64,000 nucleotides of DNA. It comes from Octopus vulgaris (Eukaryota). The first letter of the stretch is position 1; the number at the start of each line of letters is the position of its first letter. The translations under genes were made by a program, and so were the position numbers. The notes under the pieces are model-generated. The model was not told where the DNA came from and made no database searches. It worked only from the letters and a program-made list of their open reading frames with translations. Shown one piece after another: positions 13,901-28,100 of the stretch. The stretch spans positions 105,338,001-105,402,000 of the forward strand of contig OX597816.1 of NCBI GenBank assembly GCA_951406725.2. The letters are read 5' to 3'.

Positions 13901-16900
13901 TATTTGACATTAAATATTTGTTATTTATAGTTTTGATAAGAAAATTCAATAGCTAAAAATATTTAAAATCATTCAGAAAAGGTTAGCCTATTTCCAATCT
14001 TATCTTGTACACTGATTACTAGTTAATATGAAAGTAAAAATGTATTTCTGATTATTAAATAAAATGCCCCAAAATGTAGATAACTAAATCAATAGGATAT
14101 CAAGAAGTTAGAGGTTTATATCCAGGCAGCTGCAATTTTGTATTTGTGGCGTAGACATTTAACTCTTAACTGCCAAATATGCCAAGCTAAATTGATACTA
14201 CAGGGGGATAAAATCTAGAACACAATAGGGTAAAATGTGAAGATTGTTAGAGAGGATAAGACACTGAACTACTTGTTTGTAGATTCAACTCCACAATAGC
14301 AATTGCTTTGTATTTCTAAATAAAACATTTCGTTCTCCATTAAGTCAGTTCACCAAACTGTCGAGAATGTAGGTACCAGATCATTAGAAAATGATACCTG
14401 TGAGAGATCAGGACTTTATCTAGTGGCAGACACATCTTTCCAATGCTTCACAAAAGAAAAAAAAAACACAAAAGAGTTAAGTACCAACTCTTAAAATTAT
14501 TGTAAGGCAGCAGTTCTTAATTTATGAGTCTTAGTATAAAAATTAAAAAGTCATAAAGTTAAACTCTTTAACTTTTGAAATATCTGATAAAATATTCATG
14601 AATATGTTATACCATAAGTGCCATGACATAACATTTTCTGCAAACAAAAACTGAGGAATATTTTCCCCCGCAAAAATATAAAACGTTAGGTACCTCCATT
14701 GGACTGTATTGAAACAAAAAAAAAGAGTAACAAAAGATTATTGATTTGACAGAATGAATTGCAATTGTAACAGGTTGAGAACCACAAGCTTACAGCTTAG
14801 GAGCTGTCTGGTAAGTGGATTCTTCAGAACAATATAGTAGTAACCGAAAGAGAGGCCTCATTTCAGAAATGAAAATGTTACCCAGTATAATCTGCATTAA
14901 GGCTTTCTAAAGCATTAACATCAGTTAAATTTTTAAAAAGAAACCTTGGCTTAAAAGGAAGTTCCTTTGATAAGGTTTTTTTACGAGAAGCAGAAATGGT
15001 GAATTCAAGAAGTGAAATAAAGTTACACAGAAATAATTATGAACAGAGAATAAGACTTACTCATAGCTGTTTAACCATGTAAGTAATGTAATGAACTCAT
15101 TTCCTTCTAATTGCTGCTGGATAAGATCTTTCAACTGGAATAATTAAATTAAATAAAAAAAAAACAGTATATTGAAATATTTTAAACAACAAAATAATAT
15201 GAAAAACAAATTAGACAAGATGGCAATGAAAAGATACCAAATTAAAATAGTAATTGTTTCATTGATAATACAAAATTCTAGATCAATTCATTAAGGACAA
15301 GTTATGAAACTCTCATCCAATTCAACAACTAACTTTTTCCTCAATTAGGCAATTGGAATGCTAGTATTAGCCAAAATACAAATTCTGATGGTGGATTGCA
15401 CATCCATACATCCATATTGTCATCCAATTTTTACTAATCTAATATATATTTTTGAAATGTCCTGTACAAAATCACATATTACATGGTCTTAATAAGCTAC
15501 AATTGAAAGCAAACATATAAATGAAATTTTGTAATATCTTAACTCCTCTGAATAATGTGTTTAGAGGTGTGCATATAAACAGAAAAGTCAAAGAGAAAAT
15601 ATTAAAAATTCTCAAGTGATAGAATAAACAGTCATGAAAGTCAAACATTTTCATCTGACACAAGAATTTTACAGCTGTGTATATAGCTTTTCTAAAGCAA
15701 CACTAATGAACTAAGGCTAATAGAATGTTTACTTCAATATTTTTCTTAGGTTGCATTACAAAACTTTAACTAATAAATAGTTTCTGAGGCCTCTACTGGT
15801 CACAGTTGACCAAGTAACTGCACAGACCTGGGTAAGGTGTTTTTCCTTCCTTCTCCACAAAACAAATGTTGTCCAAGGGAAAGCCTGCAGCCTTAGGGCC
15901 AATACAGCTTCACACCAGTGTTGTTACAGACATTGCTGTCAGAATACAAAGGGCCAGAACAGAGACCATCAGACATTACATCTTACATTCTAACAATTCC
16001 TCTAATTCACTTCCCTGGATTGGTAATTTTTTATCAACCCTGAAAGGATGAAAGGCAAAATTGACTTTTGCCATATTTGAATTCAAAGCATAGTAAGTCA
16101 GAACAAATGCTGTGGAGTACTCTATCCAATGCTTTAATGATTACTAGCTTGCTGCTTCAACAGGTAGGTTATAAGCAATGGAAAAATGTGTTGACTTGTA
16201 AATCATAATTTTTAGGTAAGTATAACATTCAAAAGTTGAAGTAAAATAAATTCTTAAAACTTACATGATCTGATAAACATTTATGGTACATTTCAACATA
16301 AAGCTTTACAATGTTATATTCTTCAGGAAAAATTGGAGGGAAAAGTGTCTGAAAAATGAAAAATATGAAGGTATTGATTTTTTAAATAATAAAACAACTG
16401 AAGTCCAAGAAGAGAATTTTCTTTAGCCAAGGATATAAATTAATTTTGCTTTTGTAAACTTTACCATCAACTAAGGGTGAAATTTCATAATGTCTTTTGT
16501 TGATTAAATGAGATAATTTACTGAACCTCTAAAACTCCACCACTAGAATGTAGATATTTTTGCAACAACTATCCAATATATCAAAATATTCCAGTTCTTT
16601 GCAACCATTAATAAACTTTGCAATAAATTATCATACAAGATATCATATTAGATTAATAACATTAATAATATATATGAAATGAAAAAAAAACCCCCCACAA
16701 TAGTTCTGAATCACTAGACATCTCTTTTCTTCCCTTTCTTCACATGAAGGTAGCATGAATCCTTAAGTAGAATAATAATTTCAAGTATTTGGAATATGCC
16801 AAATCTGCTTCGGCCATAATTATCATATTTATACCTTTCTGTTATATAGAATGGAAAGCTATATTAATACAGTTTAATAAAGAAGCAAATCAGTCTTCTT

Positions 16901-19900
16901 ATTGCACTACATCATCAATTTCCAACAACTGCATTGAATAAAAAAGTTGTTTTCTAATTTTTTTTTTTTTTTAATTTGTAAACCCTTTCAAATAAATATT
17001 GATTAAATAACATGAATTGCACTTCCGAATTAATTAAATGCTAAAGAGAAATCATTATTAGGATTATCACTAGTATATTGTTTTGAAGCTAAAATCTTTA
17101 TTTCAAAGATTATTGAATGAAACTGTCATCTAACTTAGTAGCTTGGGCCATTACTTAGCTTGGTTTCATAAATCTCCCCTTGGATAGGAAGCCACTTTAT
17201 AACAGCTTATATTTCCAATTGACTTGATATCTATTCTTGACAGATAGGTAAACTGAGAACTGAGGTAATGTAGAATAAAGTATTTTTCCCATAAATACAA
17301 CAAAAAACCTGCTAGGGATTTGAATTCATCATCCATTTGAACTCAAATCTACTTGACTATTTCACTTCTTATTAGATCACTGACAATCAACTAAAGTCTG
17401 TCTTGAAGTGGTGTATCAAGAGTAAGTGAGCCTAACAGAACACATATTTCTCTCCTTGTTATTGGCAAAGGCTAGATCTGCAGGCATGAGATATATATCT
17501 CTTAGAATTTGACTCAGTCACAGAATTAACTCACTTGGAGTTTGCCATAACTCTATATTAAAAGTTTTGCTATTTCCTATTATTTTTGACAATACTTAGC
17601 ATTTTGAGAAAAGGATTATCAAGAACAAAGAATATCTTTAATAATGAAGCACTATTGTATTGCTGAGGACAGGATCTCTTACTTTACAAGTACCATATTC
17701 TAAAGAATATAAAGACATCTGAGTTAATTGGGATGAATCAGAGAATAATATGTATAAAGAGCAAGTTAAATGAAACATTTTAACCAGGAATCAAAGCTAC
17801 ATAGCAAACTGCTTTCCATGAGCTTCTCCCTATCATATAACATTTGTATATTTAATTCTTCGGTTATAAGCTGTAAGAAAAATATTAAGTATGAGATACA
17901 AATAATGTCTTTTGTCTCTCTCTTCTTCTTGGGTGAAAATACTTTTTAGGTTACAGAATAATTACATAGCAGGCATGAAATAGAATATAATATACAACCT
18001 TAACAACTCTGAAATCTTCTATCATGAGTTTTCTGGTAATTTCCAAATGGCGTACAAGCCACATTTTATTATCTGAACGGTCTTCCAGCTGGTTGCATTC
18101 AATTCTGAAAATATAATTGCAACAATTAACAACCATAAAACTAATACATATTTGAAAAGGGTAAGATTTTATATGGGATTCTTGCAAGTGAGTGTCTTTA
18201 AAAATAAAAATATGAAAGTATATGGCGTTAGGAAGGGCATCCAGCTGTAGAAACACTGCCAGATCTGACTGGCCTGGTGCAGCCTTCGGGCTTGCCAGAC
18301 CCCAGTTGAACTGTCCAACCCATGCTAGCATGGAAAGCGGACGTTAAACGATGATGATGATGATAAATTAAATAGCTAATATTTTTGATTAAAACAACAA
18401 AGAGAAATCGGTTCAGTAACAGAACTTGGATAATTATCTGTTGTTTTCCAAGTGATTGTGTTACCGATTACACTACTAGCAGGTGCTCTGTTTGTAGTAC
18501 AATTACAAAGCTATAAGGTCCAAATCATCAAAATAATAATTCTGAAAACCAGTATCATCTTGACAAAAAGTATGTTACAGAAAATAAAAAATTTTTATCA
18601 CACACTTTGACAACTGTAGGTTCTTTGAAATTCAGATGTGGAAATGTAAAGGAAATTGTGATATTGATTCCTTTCCCAAAGGTATTAACAACATCATTAA
18701 GATAAAATAGTTGACTAGCAGTTAAAGTAGGATCACAAATTCAGTTTGCTGAAAGTTTGCTCATGTGGAACTTATGTCAATTCCAATATAATTTTTTCTT
18801 TTCTCTATGTGCAGGGTTAATACTTTAAGAGAGGAGATAAGTCAACTGATTCAACATCAGTACATCACAGTTAAATATTTTCTATTTCAGACAGGTGAAT
18901 AGGATGAAAAGCAAACTCTACTTTGGCGGGATTTGAACCTGAGATGAAGCTGAATATAAAACTGTTATACTCGCTACCTAGAGAACATCCATAATCATTT
19001 GAATACAGAAATATTACTAAAAATAAATAAAATATTGAGTCTCAACAATCTTAAAGACGTAATATCTCTAGAAAAAAGAAGAAATAAGGGAGCCTTTAAA
19101 TGGTTGAACAACTTGCTAAATATAGCAGCCAAATCTCCCTCAAATCACACCCTAACATCTTAAGCAAAGAAGAATACATTGGGCAATGTAGTTCCTGAAA
19201 TACTAAAGCAGGATGATTATGGCTGGAACACTTCTGATTCCAGGTCTGCTAGATCAGGGCTGACCTGGAGTTAAACAATAACAAGAAGAATTCTAAAGAT
19301 ACAGACCTGTCAGCAGTGGCCTCTCTTAAAACTTCAAATGCTTTTTTGCGCCATTGTTTAGGTCTACCAGGAGGCAGGAAACCAAATTGGTCATGCTTTT
19401 TCAAAGCAACTGTATCAATTCTGGAAATATAAGACATTAAAAACTTAACAAAAATAAAAAAAAAGTTATAACAATTCATCATTATCATCATCATTTAACA
19501 TCCACCTTCCATCCTGACATGGGTTGCATTGTCTGGTGCAGGAGCCTGCACCAGACTTCTGTATCTGTTTTGACAGGGTTTTTACTGCTGGATGCCCTTC
19601 CAAACACCAACCACCCATAAGAGTGAATTAATTGAAGAAAATAATTTTAAAATTATAAAGTGTGTTTGAATAATGATATAATCAGAAATGAAATAACAAA
19701 TTTTTACAAAAGAAAACAGCAAAATTGTTTCTTACATTAAGGTTTAGACTGTTAGAAACAATAGAAAGATCTCTAATATCAATGCCTTCCACAAGCTCAT
19801 TAGTAACACAAAACAATGACGGAGACAACACATTCACTCATCATATTAAAAATAACATCCAAAATTCCCCAAAATCCCAACTCAAGGAAAAAAACTGGAT

Positions 19901-22095
19901 AAAGCAGTATTGGATACACTATATAAAGAAAAAGAAAAAAGAAAATGATGGTGACAGCTGGAATGCCTTTGATTATAACAAGATTCCAAATAGACCCTTG
20001 TGAATTATTTTATCAAGAATTTCACCAAATGACAAAACATAAAAGTCCTACTCCTGAATCATTTAACATCATTGCGATACATTTGCCAAATTGTTTCTTG
20101 AGTTAATACAAGATTGCAGCATGAGTATTTCTTGCATATTGAAGAAAGAAAGTTTGAGTATCCAACAATGAAATGAAATCAAAACATTCTGTCATTTCAT
20201 AATCATCATCATTTAACATCCATTTTCCATATTGGCATGGGTTGGACAGTCTGACCAGAGCTGGCAAGCTGGAGAGCTAGACCAGGATTCAGTCTGATTT
20301 GACTTGGTTTCTATGGCTGGATGCCCTTCTTAATGCCAACCACTTTACAAAGTGCGTTGAGTGCTTTTTATGTAGCACTTTCACAGGTGCTTTTTCTGTG
20401 GTACCAGCATGAATGGCTGCCAGACAATTCATGGGCAGTCCCTAAGCATTTGGTTGGTTGCCTTCACATTATTAGTCTGCTTAAAAAGAAAAGCTCAGAA
20501 CGATTCTACAGTAACATTACAAAAAAGTGAGAGTAACTATTAACATGATTTTAAAAAATCCATTTCCTAAATTACAGGTAATAAGAAATTATTAAAAAAA
20601 AAAGATTACCTTTCTTCTCGTTCAATGATACGAAGCACAGTGACAATGATAGTCGGCTCTTGCCTGACGGATATTAAGGCTCGTTGAAGTATAATCCACA
20701 ATTGTTTGCCAAGTGCTTCAGAAAGTTTTTCAACTTCAGCAAAATAATGCTTTAAAGTCTAAAATAAAACGGAATGGCAAAAATGAAACAGTTGATACAG
20801 TAATTGAAGCAACTCTTAGAAATATTGGCATAATAAAGAAAAACACATGAGAAGCTACATCATGTTGCAAACAACTGATATCAGCAAATCAAAGTGAGAG
20901 GTAATATTCATATTAATTTTACAGAGAGAGAAAGAGAGAGATATTTCGATTTTGGATTTGGTTTGCAAGATTCTTTATATGAGTTCGTGTGTTGAAGCAT
21001 ATTCTGTTGTGTCTGGGGAGAATCATTTTCTTTTTGTGCCTTATGACACAGCAGAATATGCTTCAATACACGAACTCAAAAAGAAAATGACTCTCCCCAG
21101 ACATAACAAAGAGAGAGATGTTTAACACTTCAACTAATAGCATATTATCAACAATGCAACAGCATGCAAAATATTAACATTTTAAATTCAGAAACATTCT
21201 AACTGATTGAGTTCTTGTAAAAGATTGCTGTTAATAAACATAAGCTTAACTTTTACAAGTTAACCAGTTCATATTTAGTCAAAACGAAGTTAAGCACAGG
21301 CATGACTGTGTGGTAAGATGTTTGCTTGTCAACCACATGGTCTAGAGTTCAGTTCCATTGAGTGGACAAGTATTTTTTACTATAGCCTTGAGTTAACCAA
21401 AATCTTATGAGTAGAGATTTGGTCAGTGGAAAGTGAGATAAGCTAATCATGTGTATATGTATGTATGTGTGTGTGTGTGTATACTCTTTTTCTCTTTTAC
21501 TTGTTTCAGTCATTGACTGTGGCCATGCTGGAGCACCGCCTTCAGTCGATCAAATTGACCCCAGGACTTATTTTTTGAAAGCCTAGTCCTTATTCTATCA
21601 GTTTCTTTTGCAGAACCGCTAGGTTACGGGGACGTAAACAACCAAGCGATGTTGGTGGGGGACAAACACAGACACAGAAACACACACATATATATACGAT
21701 GGGCTTCTTTTAGTTTCTGCCTACAAAATCCGCTCACAAGGCTTTGGTCAGCCTGAGGCTATAGTAGAAGACATTTGCCCAAGGTGCCATTCAGTGGGAC
21801 TGAACCCGGAACCATGTGGTTGGTAAGCAAGCTACTTACCACACAGCCACTCCTGCACCTATATATATATACATGTGATCTCTTGAGCACCACCAGCTCA
21901 AATATTTTCTCCTTTGTCTTCCCTCCTTGAGATCTTTCCTTCTCCTTGTTTCCGACGAAGAGCTCCGCTCGAAACGTTAAACCCTCCTTCCCTTCTTTCC
22001 TGAGCGTCAATAATACTTTAATTGTTCCACGTCCTGCGTTGCTGTGTTTTTTTCTCTTTTTTTCTGTGTTTTCTTGTTTGGATTAACTTTATATG

Positions 22096-22138
<43 letters not shown>

Positions 22139-25100
22139 ACACACACACACATATTTGTATGTGTTTGTGTCTGTCCCCACTTCATTGCTTGACAACCAGT
22201 GTTGGTTTGTTTACAGTCCAGTAACTTAGCAGTTTGGCAAAAGAACTGATAGAATAAGTGCCAGACTTAAAAAAAGAAAAAAACTAAAATGAAACTTTTA
22301 AAAATAGTTCAGGTTATCTCAAAATCATAATATTCCAAAAAATTTCTTACATTTTTGTCAGTGGGACTTTGTTGTGGCTGTCGGTGAAGTTCCAGAAGTA
22401 AATCATCTCGAGACATTTCCAGGTCCATTAAACTACAAAGTAAAAATAACATAATCAATAAACTTAATAATACTAACAGTGATATGAGAATTATACAAGA
22501 TACTACTACTACTACTAAATAATAACAATCCTTTCTACTATAGGCACAAGGCCTGAAATTTTGAGGAGGGGACTAATTGATTACATCAACCCCAGTGTTT
22601 CACTGGTACTTAATTTATCGACCCTGAAAGGATGAAAGGCAAAGTTGACCTCAGTGGAATTTGAACACAGAATGTAAAGACAGACGAAATGCTGCTAAGC
22701 ATTTTGCTGGCATGCTAATGATTCTGCCAGTTTGCCATGTTAATAATAATAATAATCCTTTCTACGATAGGCACAAGGCCTGGAATTTGTGTGGAGGTGG
22801 GGATAGTTGATTACATCAACCCCAGTACTTGACTGGGACTTAATTTATCAATGAAAGGCAAGTCGACCTCGGCTGAATTTGAACTCAGAACATAGCAGCA
22901 GATGAAATGCCACTAGGCATTTTGCCCAGCAGGCTAGTGATTCTGCCTGCTCACTGCCTTAATAATGATAATAATACACCAATTTTTCCATTAGTTGGTA
23001 ATTATAATTATTATTATTATAAAGCAGTGGAAAATCAAACTTCACAGAGATATTAAGTTGTGTCTGTTTATGAACTGAGTTTAACTTTATCTTCTGGGGT
23101 TGAAAAAACAAGTACTACTCAAGCATGTCTGTTAATATGACCAACTACTTTTGTTCAGTCCTCTAAAATAAGTAGCCTTATGCTTATGTTAGAAATCATT
23201 CTCACATAATCTAAGAGGTGGTAGAAGGCTGGGCTCAATGCAGTGTGGTATTTCATTACAATCCTTTATATTCTGAGTTGGAATTGACTTTATCTTTCAT
23301 TCCTTTGAAGTCAATAAATAATGTATCAATCACATACTTGGGCTATTTCAACCAATTATAACCATCCCTTTAAGTTAGAAATAGGTTAATATTATTACTA
23401 TTATTATCACTGTTATGATGATGATGATGATAAAAATGTATCATCATCATCACCACCATCATCATCTCTGATGCACAGTCAAAAACAGAGTATTTTGGTT
23501 CACTTGCACCACATAGTTGGCAATAACAGAGTTCTGTTTTTTATTGCCAGCATATGATAAAATCATGCAAACTATATATATATAAATCAACAAGAGAGAC
23601 TCCATATGGTCACTTGATCTGCTAAATCAAGTGACTACAAAAACAGATAAGAATCCTTCAAATCACATGCAACCAACCATCTTAACCATTTTGATACCAA
23701 CCCACCTGGCTCTGTAGTACAAATGTCTTGTTTTTAAAAGTTCTGAATTAAAATCTTCCACCAAACCTTAGTCACTATGTTCCTAACACTAGCTTGATAA
23801 CTAAATTATTTTACTAAATTCTTTGTTATATTTAAAATTGATAGAAATAAACAAAGATCATCTCAACAGAAATATGGTAACAAAAGGGTTAAATTAAGAA
23901 AGACATGTTATAATGTAATCTTAGCTGTTGCAAAACTTATGTCATAGGTCAGATTCTTCAAGGCTGATCAAGGGCTACAAATAATTAAACCTAATAATTG
24001 TTATATCAGCAGAAATAATTGACGATATTCACATATAAATATATAATTTAGGAAACAAATTTGAACTACACAAAAGTTTGTTTTTTATAAATAAGGAAAT
24101 AAAAAAAGAGTTTAATTAGAAGCTGAAATGTTCTCTGAGAACTTAATACACAACAACTTCACTTCATAAAACACTGCACCTCACTGAGAATTTTCCCTAA
24201 GAATATTTACAGAACAGTCAATATCGACTTACAACCTCACAAACTAGATGCAGTGGAATCGTGTCAGTAACCAAGTCATATTAGGTGTGATGAAAATTTT
24301 GACACCAAATAATAAATGTTTAAGTGAAGTGAACAGTTTTTGTGTGTTTCTGAATGGTTAATATATGCCTTCCATGCTGTAATCATTTTAGTTTCAACAC
24401 ATGGTCTCAGATAGGATTACCTGTCAAGTACGTCTCTAAAACTTCAACAAACTGTCTTAAGTATATCTTTGGTCTCTTGATTTAACTAGAGAACAATCAA
24501 TCAATTAACACAATACAACATGGGTACCATCTTAAAATGTGAAAAATAAATTTTGCCACATACTATTTGTGTGCTTGAAGTAGCTTGCTTTCATTTATTA
24601 ATTCTTGTGTCTTTCTTACAGTTTCTGGAACTTGAAATATGTGTTTCAAATTTTCAACTGCAGCATCCAGCTACAAATAAAATACATATCATTAGTGAGT
24701 GTATAATATGATAAATTATAGGTGTACAAATGATTATTTATTTGTGTATAATACAATTTAATGGTATACTATACAAGATGAGAATTTATTTGTGCACAGT
24801 TTATTGCAGTATAAGATGATTTATATAATTTAGTTGAATTAAATATGATTATTTCTTTTTCACAGCGCAAATTATACCAACCCTGATCAATTGTTGACTC
24901 TTTGTGCAAATTATACTATATGTTACATTATATTATTTTACATATATATATTGTTGTTCATTTGCTTAATAACTGTTTTTTCCATGACAGCCTGGTTTAG
25001 ACAAGGTGTTATTTGATGCAGGATTTTACAGCTGGAAGCTTTCCTTTTATCTGCCTTCACTTGTTTTCAGATGAGAGATTTTTATATTCTACAAGTCTTT

Positions 25101-28100
25101 GAAAGCACAGTGACCAGACAGACTGTCATCAAGGAATGACAGCATGAGTACCATTTTCATCAAATGGTGACAAGCAATATATCAACATACATGCACATTC
25201 ACATGCATAAATATAATGTACACTATATGCTTAATAAGTTTCATCATCATCATCGTTGTCATTTAACGTCCACTTTCCATGCTGGCATGGGTTGGATGGT
25301 TTGATTGAGGACTGGTGAGCCAGAAGGCTGCACCAGGCTCAATCTGATCTGGCAAAGTTTCTGCAGATGGATGCCCTTCCTAATGCCAACCACTCTGAGA
25401 GTATAGTGGGTGCTTTTACGTGCCACTGGCATGAGGGCCAGTCAGGCAGTTCTGGCAATGACCATGCTCAAAAGGTGAACCAAACTCTTTCCAGGGTATT
25501 GGTTAGACTGGGGACAATAGAAGACACCAACCCAAATGCTGCACAATGTAGAGAGTGTATATAAGACAGACATAAATTACTAACATAAAAACTCTTGCAC
25601 AATCACTCAAATCTTGATTTAACAATTAAATTTCCTCTATCAAACCTGAAAATACTTGAAAATATTTCTAACAGAAAAGACTATATATGGCTGCTTAATC
25701 TGGTAGAAATCTCACCCAAATTTCCCTCAATAACATTGATATTGTAGTCCCACGTATGACATATTTAAGTGAAGGCTGAGACAGTCACGATTGGAATACT
25801 TTTGATCATAGGTTTGACCTACCGGGAGACTAAACAACAATAATCAATCAATCAATAAAGTTTGAAACAGATCAACTCACAGAACATCCTATCCCTGACC
25901 AGTCTCTAACAATTGTATGAGATGGAAATTAAACATAAGGAGAGGGGTGAAAGAGAGAGAGAGAAAAATGAAAGTGTGAGACTTCATAGCTAAGATATAC
26001 AAACCTGGCAGAAGTTAGCGTTTTCTTCTTTCACTTTGCTCAAACTTTCATGTAAGGAAGCAATGGACTTGTAAGATTCATCAATGGCATCCATGCTGGT
26101 ATAAAAGAAGATAAAGAATTTAGCTTTTTATTTCAGTATCTTGTTAACAGTATTACAACTCATCAACTCTCCAGCTGCAATAGAAAAGCAATTCATTATT
26201 ACTGTTTTACAACCACTGATTCTATATACAAATTGACATTTGCATTTTTGGATGGACCCAGTTCTTCTCATAGATGGATATCCAAAATTATACAGATTGA
26301 TAACATCATCATCATCATCATTTAACATCCATGTTCCAGGTTGGCATCGGTTAGACAGTTTGACAAGATCCAATGAGCCCTAAGGCTGCATCATGCTCCA
26401 GTGTCTGCTTTGGAATGGTTTCTCTAGATGGGTGCCCTTCCTAATGTCAGCCCCTTTACAGTGCGTAATGGATGCAGTGTTTATGCCACCAATACTAAAT
26501 GAGTTCACCATGCAGCTTGCAAATCTACATAACCAAAGGAAGTAGGGAGACACATCTCTATGCAAGGTGGAGGTTAAGGTACAATAGAATGGGTTGAAGT
26601 AAAATAGGTTCTTGTTGTAGAGGAGCTACATGGCTACTCATATTTAGGGGAAAATGAGAATGAACCAGTGGTATCTCTAAAGAGTTAAATAGTAGTGATA
26701 GTATCCTTTGTCCAGAATTCTAAAACTTTCACAGATTGAATGTTTTCTGTGTGAGAGAAGTACCACATACAAAATTCCAAAAAATGCTGAAAAGATTTCC
26801 AAGCAATGTACAGCTATTGTTAGTCAGGTGTTGAGTTTGTCAGCTGTTGGGAGTGATCTCATCAGCCAAGGCATCAATCCATTGTCAGTGATTACCTTTT
26901 CAACACTTTCATTTGTGAATCACTTATGATGTATTCTGGACTCAATTGGTTCAAAGAATGTCTGAAAGGTCTTTAGATAATCTATCAGTAATAGTGAACA
27001 GAAAGAGAGGAGGTATTTGTTTATCAATACCACATAAAAATTTGACAGTGGTGAAAGCATGAAGCATCTGACTGAGAAGTCTGGCACTAGAGCAATCACT
27101 ATATACAGCTTTAAATATCAGAACAATAAACTATTGAAGTTCTATGCTGAAAATGATGACCTGAAGTTATTATAAAACAGAAACAAAACATAGCATAGAG
27201 CAAGAAATTAAAAGCTGGATCATGTGTTAGTTGAGTAGACATGTCTACTCTAGAGTGAACATATGTCATACAACTGACTGATGATCATGAAACAGGTAAA
27301 ACTCTATGATGAAGTGAATACTGAAAGCAAATGCAAACATTCACAAGGCTGAGAAGAAAAATTTTTTAACAAGTTATGACATAAGATATTCTAAGAGTGG
27401 TAGTGATATGGTACCTGGTGATCACAAAAAAGCTGAGAAATTCAGTGATGTTTACAAAGATCACGACTAATAAAAATAGCAGAACATATACAGAGGCAAA
27501 ATCATTTGCATGCCGGACAAAATGCTTAGAGGTATTTCATCAGTCTTTACATTCTGAGTTCAAATTCCACCATGGTTGTCTTTTCTTTTCATCTTTTCGG
27601 GGTCAATAAAATAGTATACTTTTGCTGAGATGTACAGGCATTCATAAGGATAAACTTGCAATGGTAAGGAAGAGCCTGCATCTTCACTGTTTTAAATGTA
27701 TGAATACATTACAAAACATTTTTGCACTAACAAAGGGGTAACCATCACTAGGGACAGATTTATCTCTTTTGTCTATTTCTAGTAGTCAAAGGAAAAATTA
27801 TTACATCGAAACACAATATTGCATGCAAAGTCAGGAGATGGACTGTTGACATTTTGGTCTGTTGGCTGAAACAGTAGAGGAAATAGAATATGAATAATTT
27901 ATCTTCCAATCAGTTGTGGTTCCAGAAGTCACAAAACAGACTTTGCAGATTTATACTGTTGTAAAATGTTATTGGAAAAGGTTTAGAAATGTTGGAATTG
28001 TTTTAGGCAGCTCACCTTTGCTTTATCTCATAGACATCTTGCAGTGCACTCTGTAGCTGATTTAAGCCAGTCCTTACTCCATCAAGTTGTGACTGTACAG

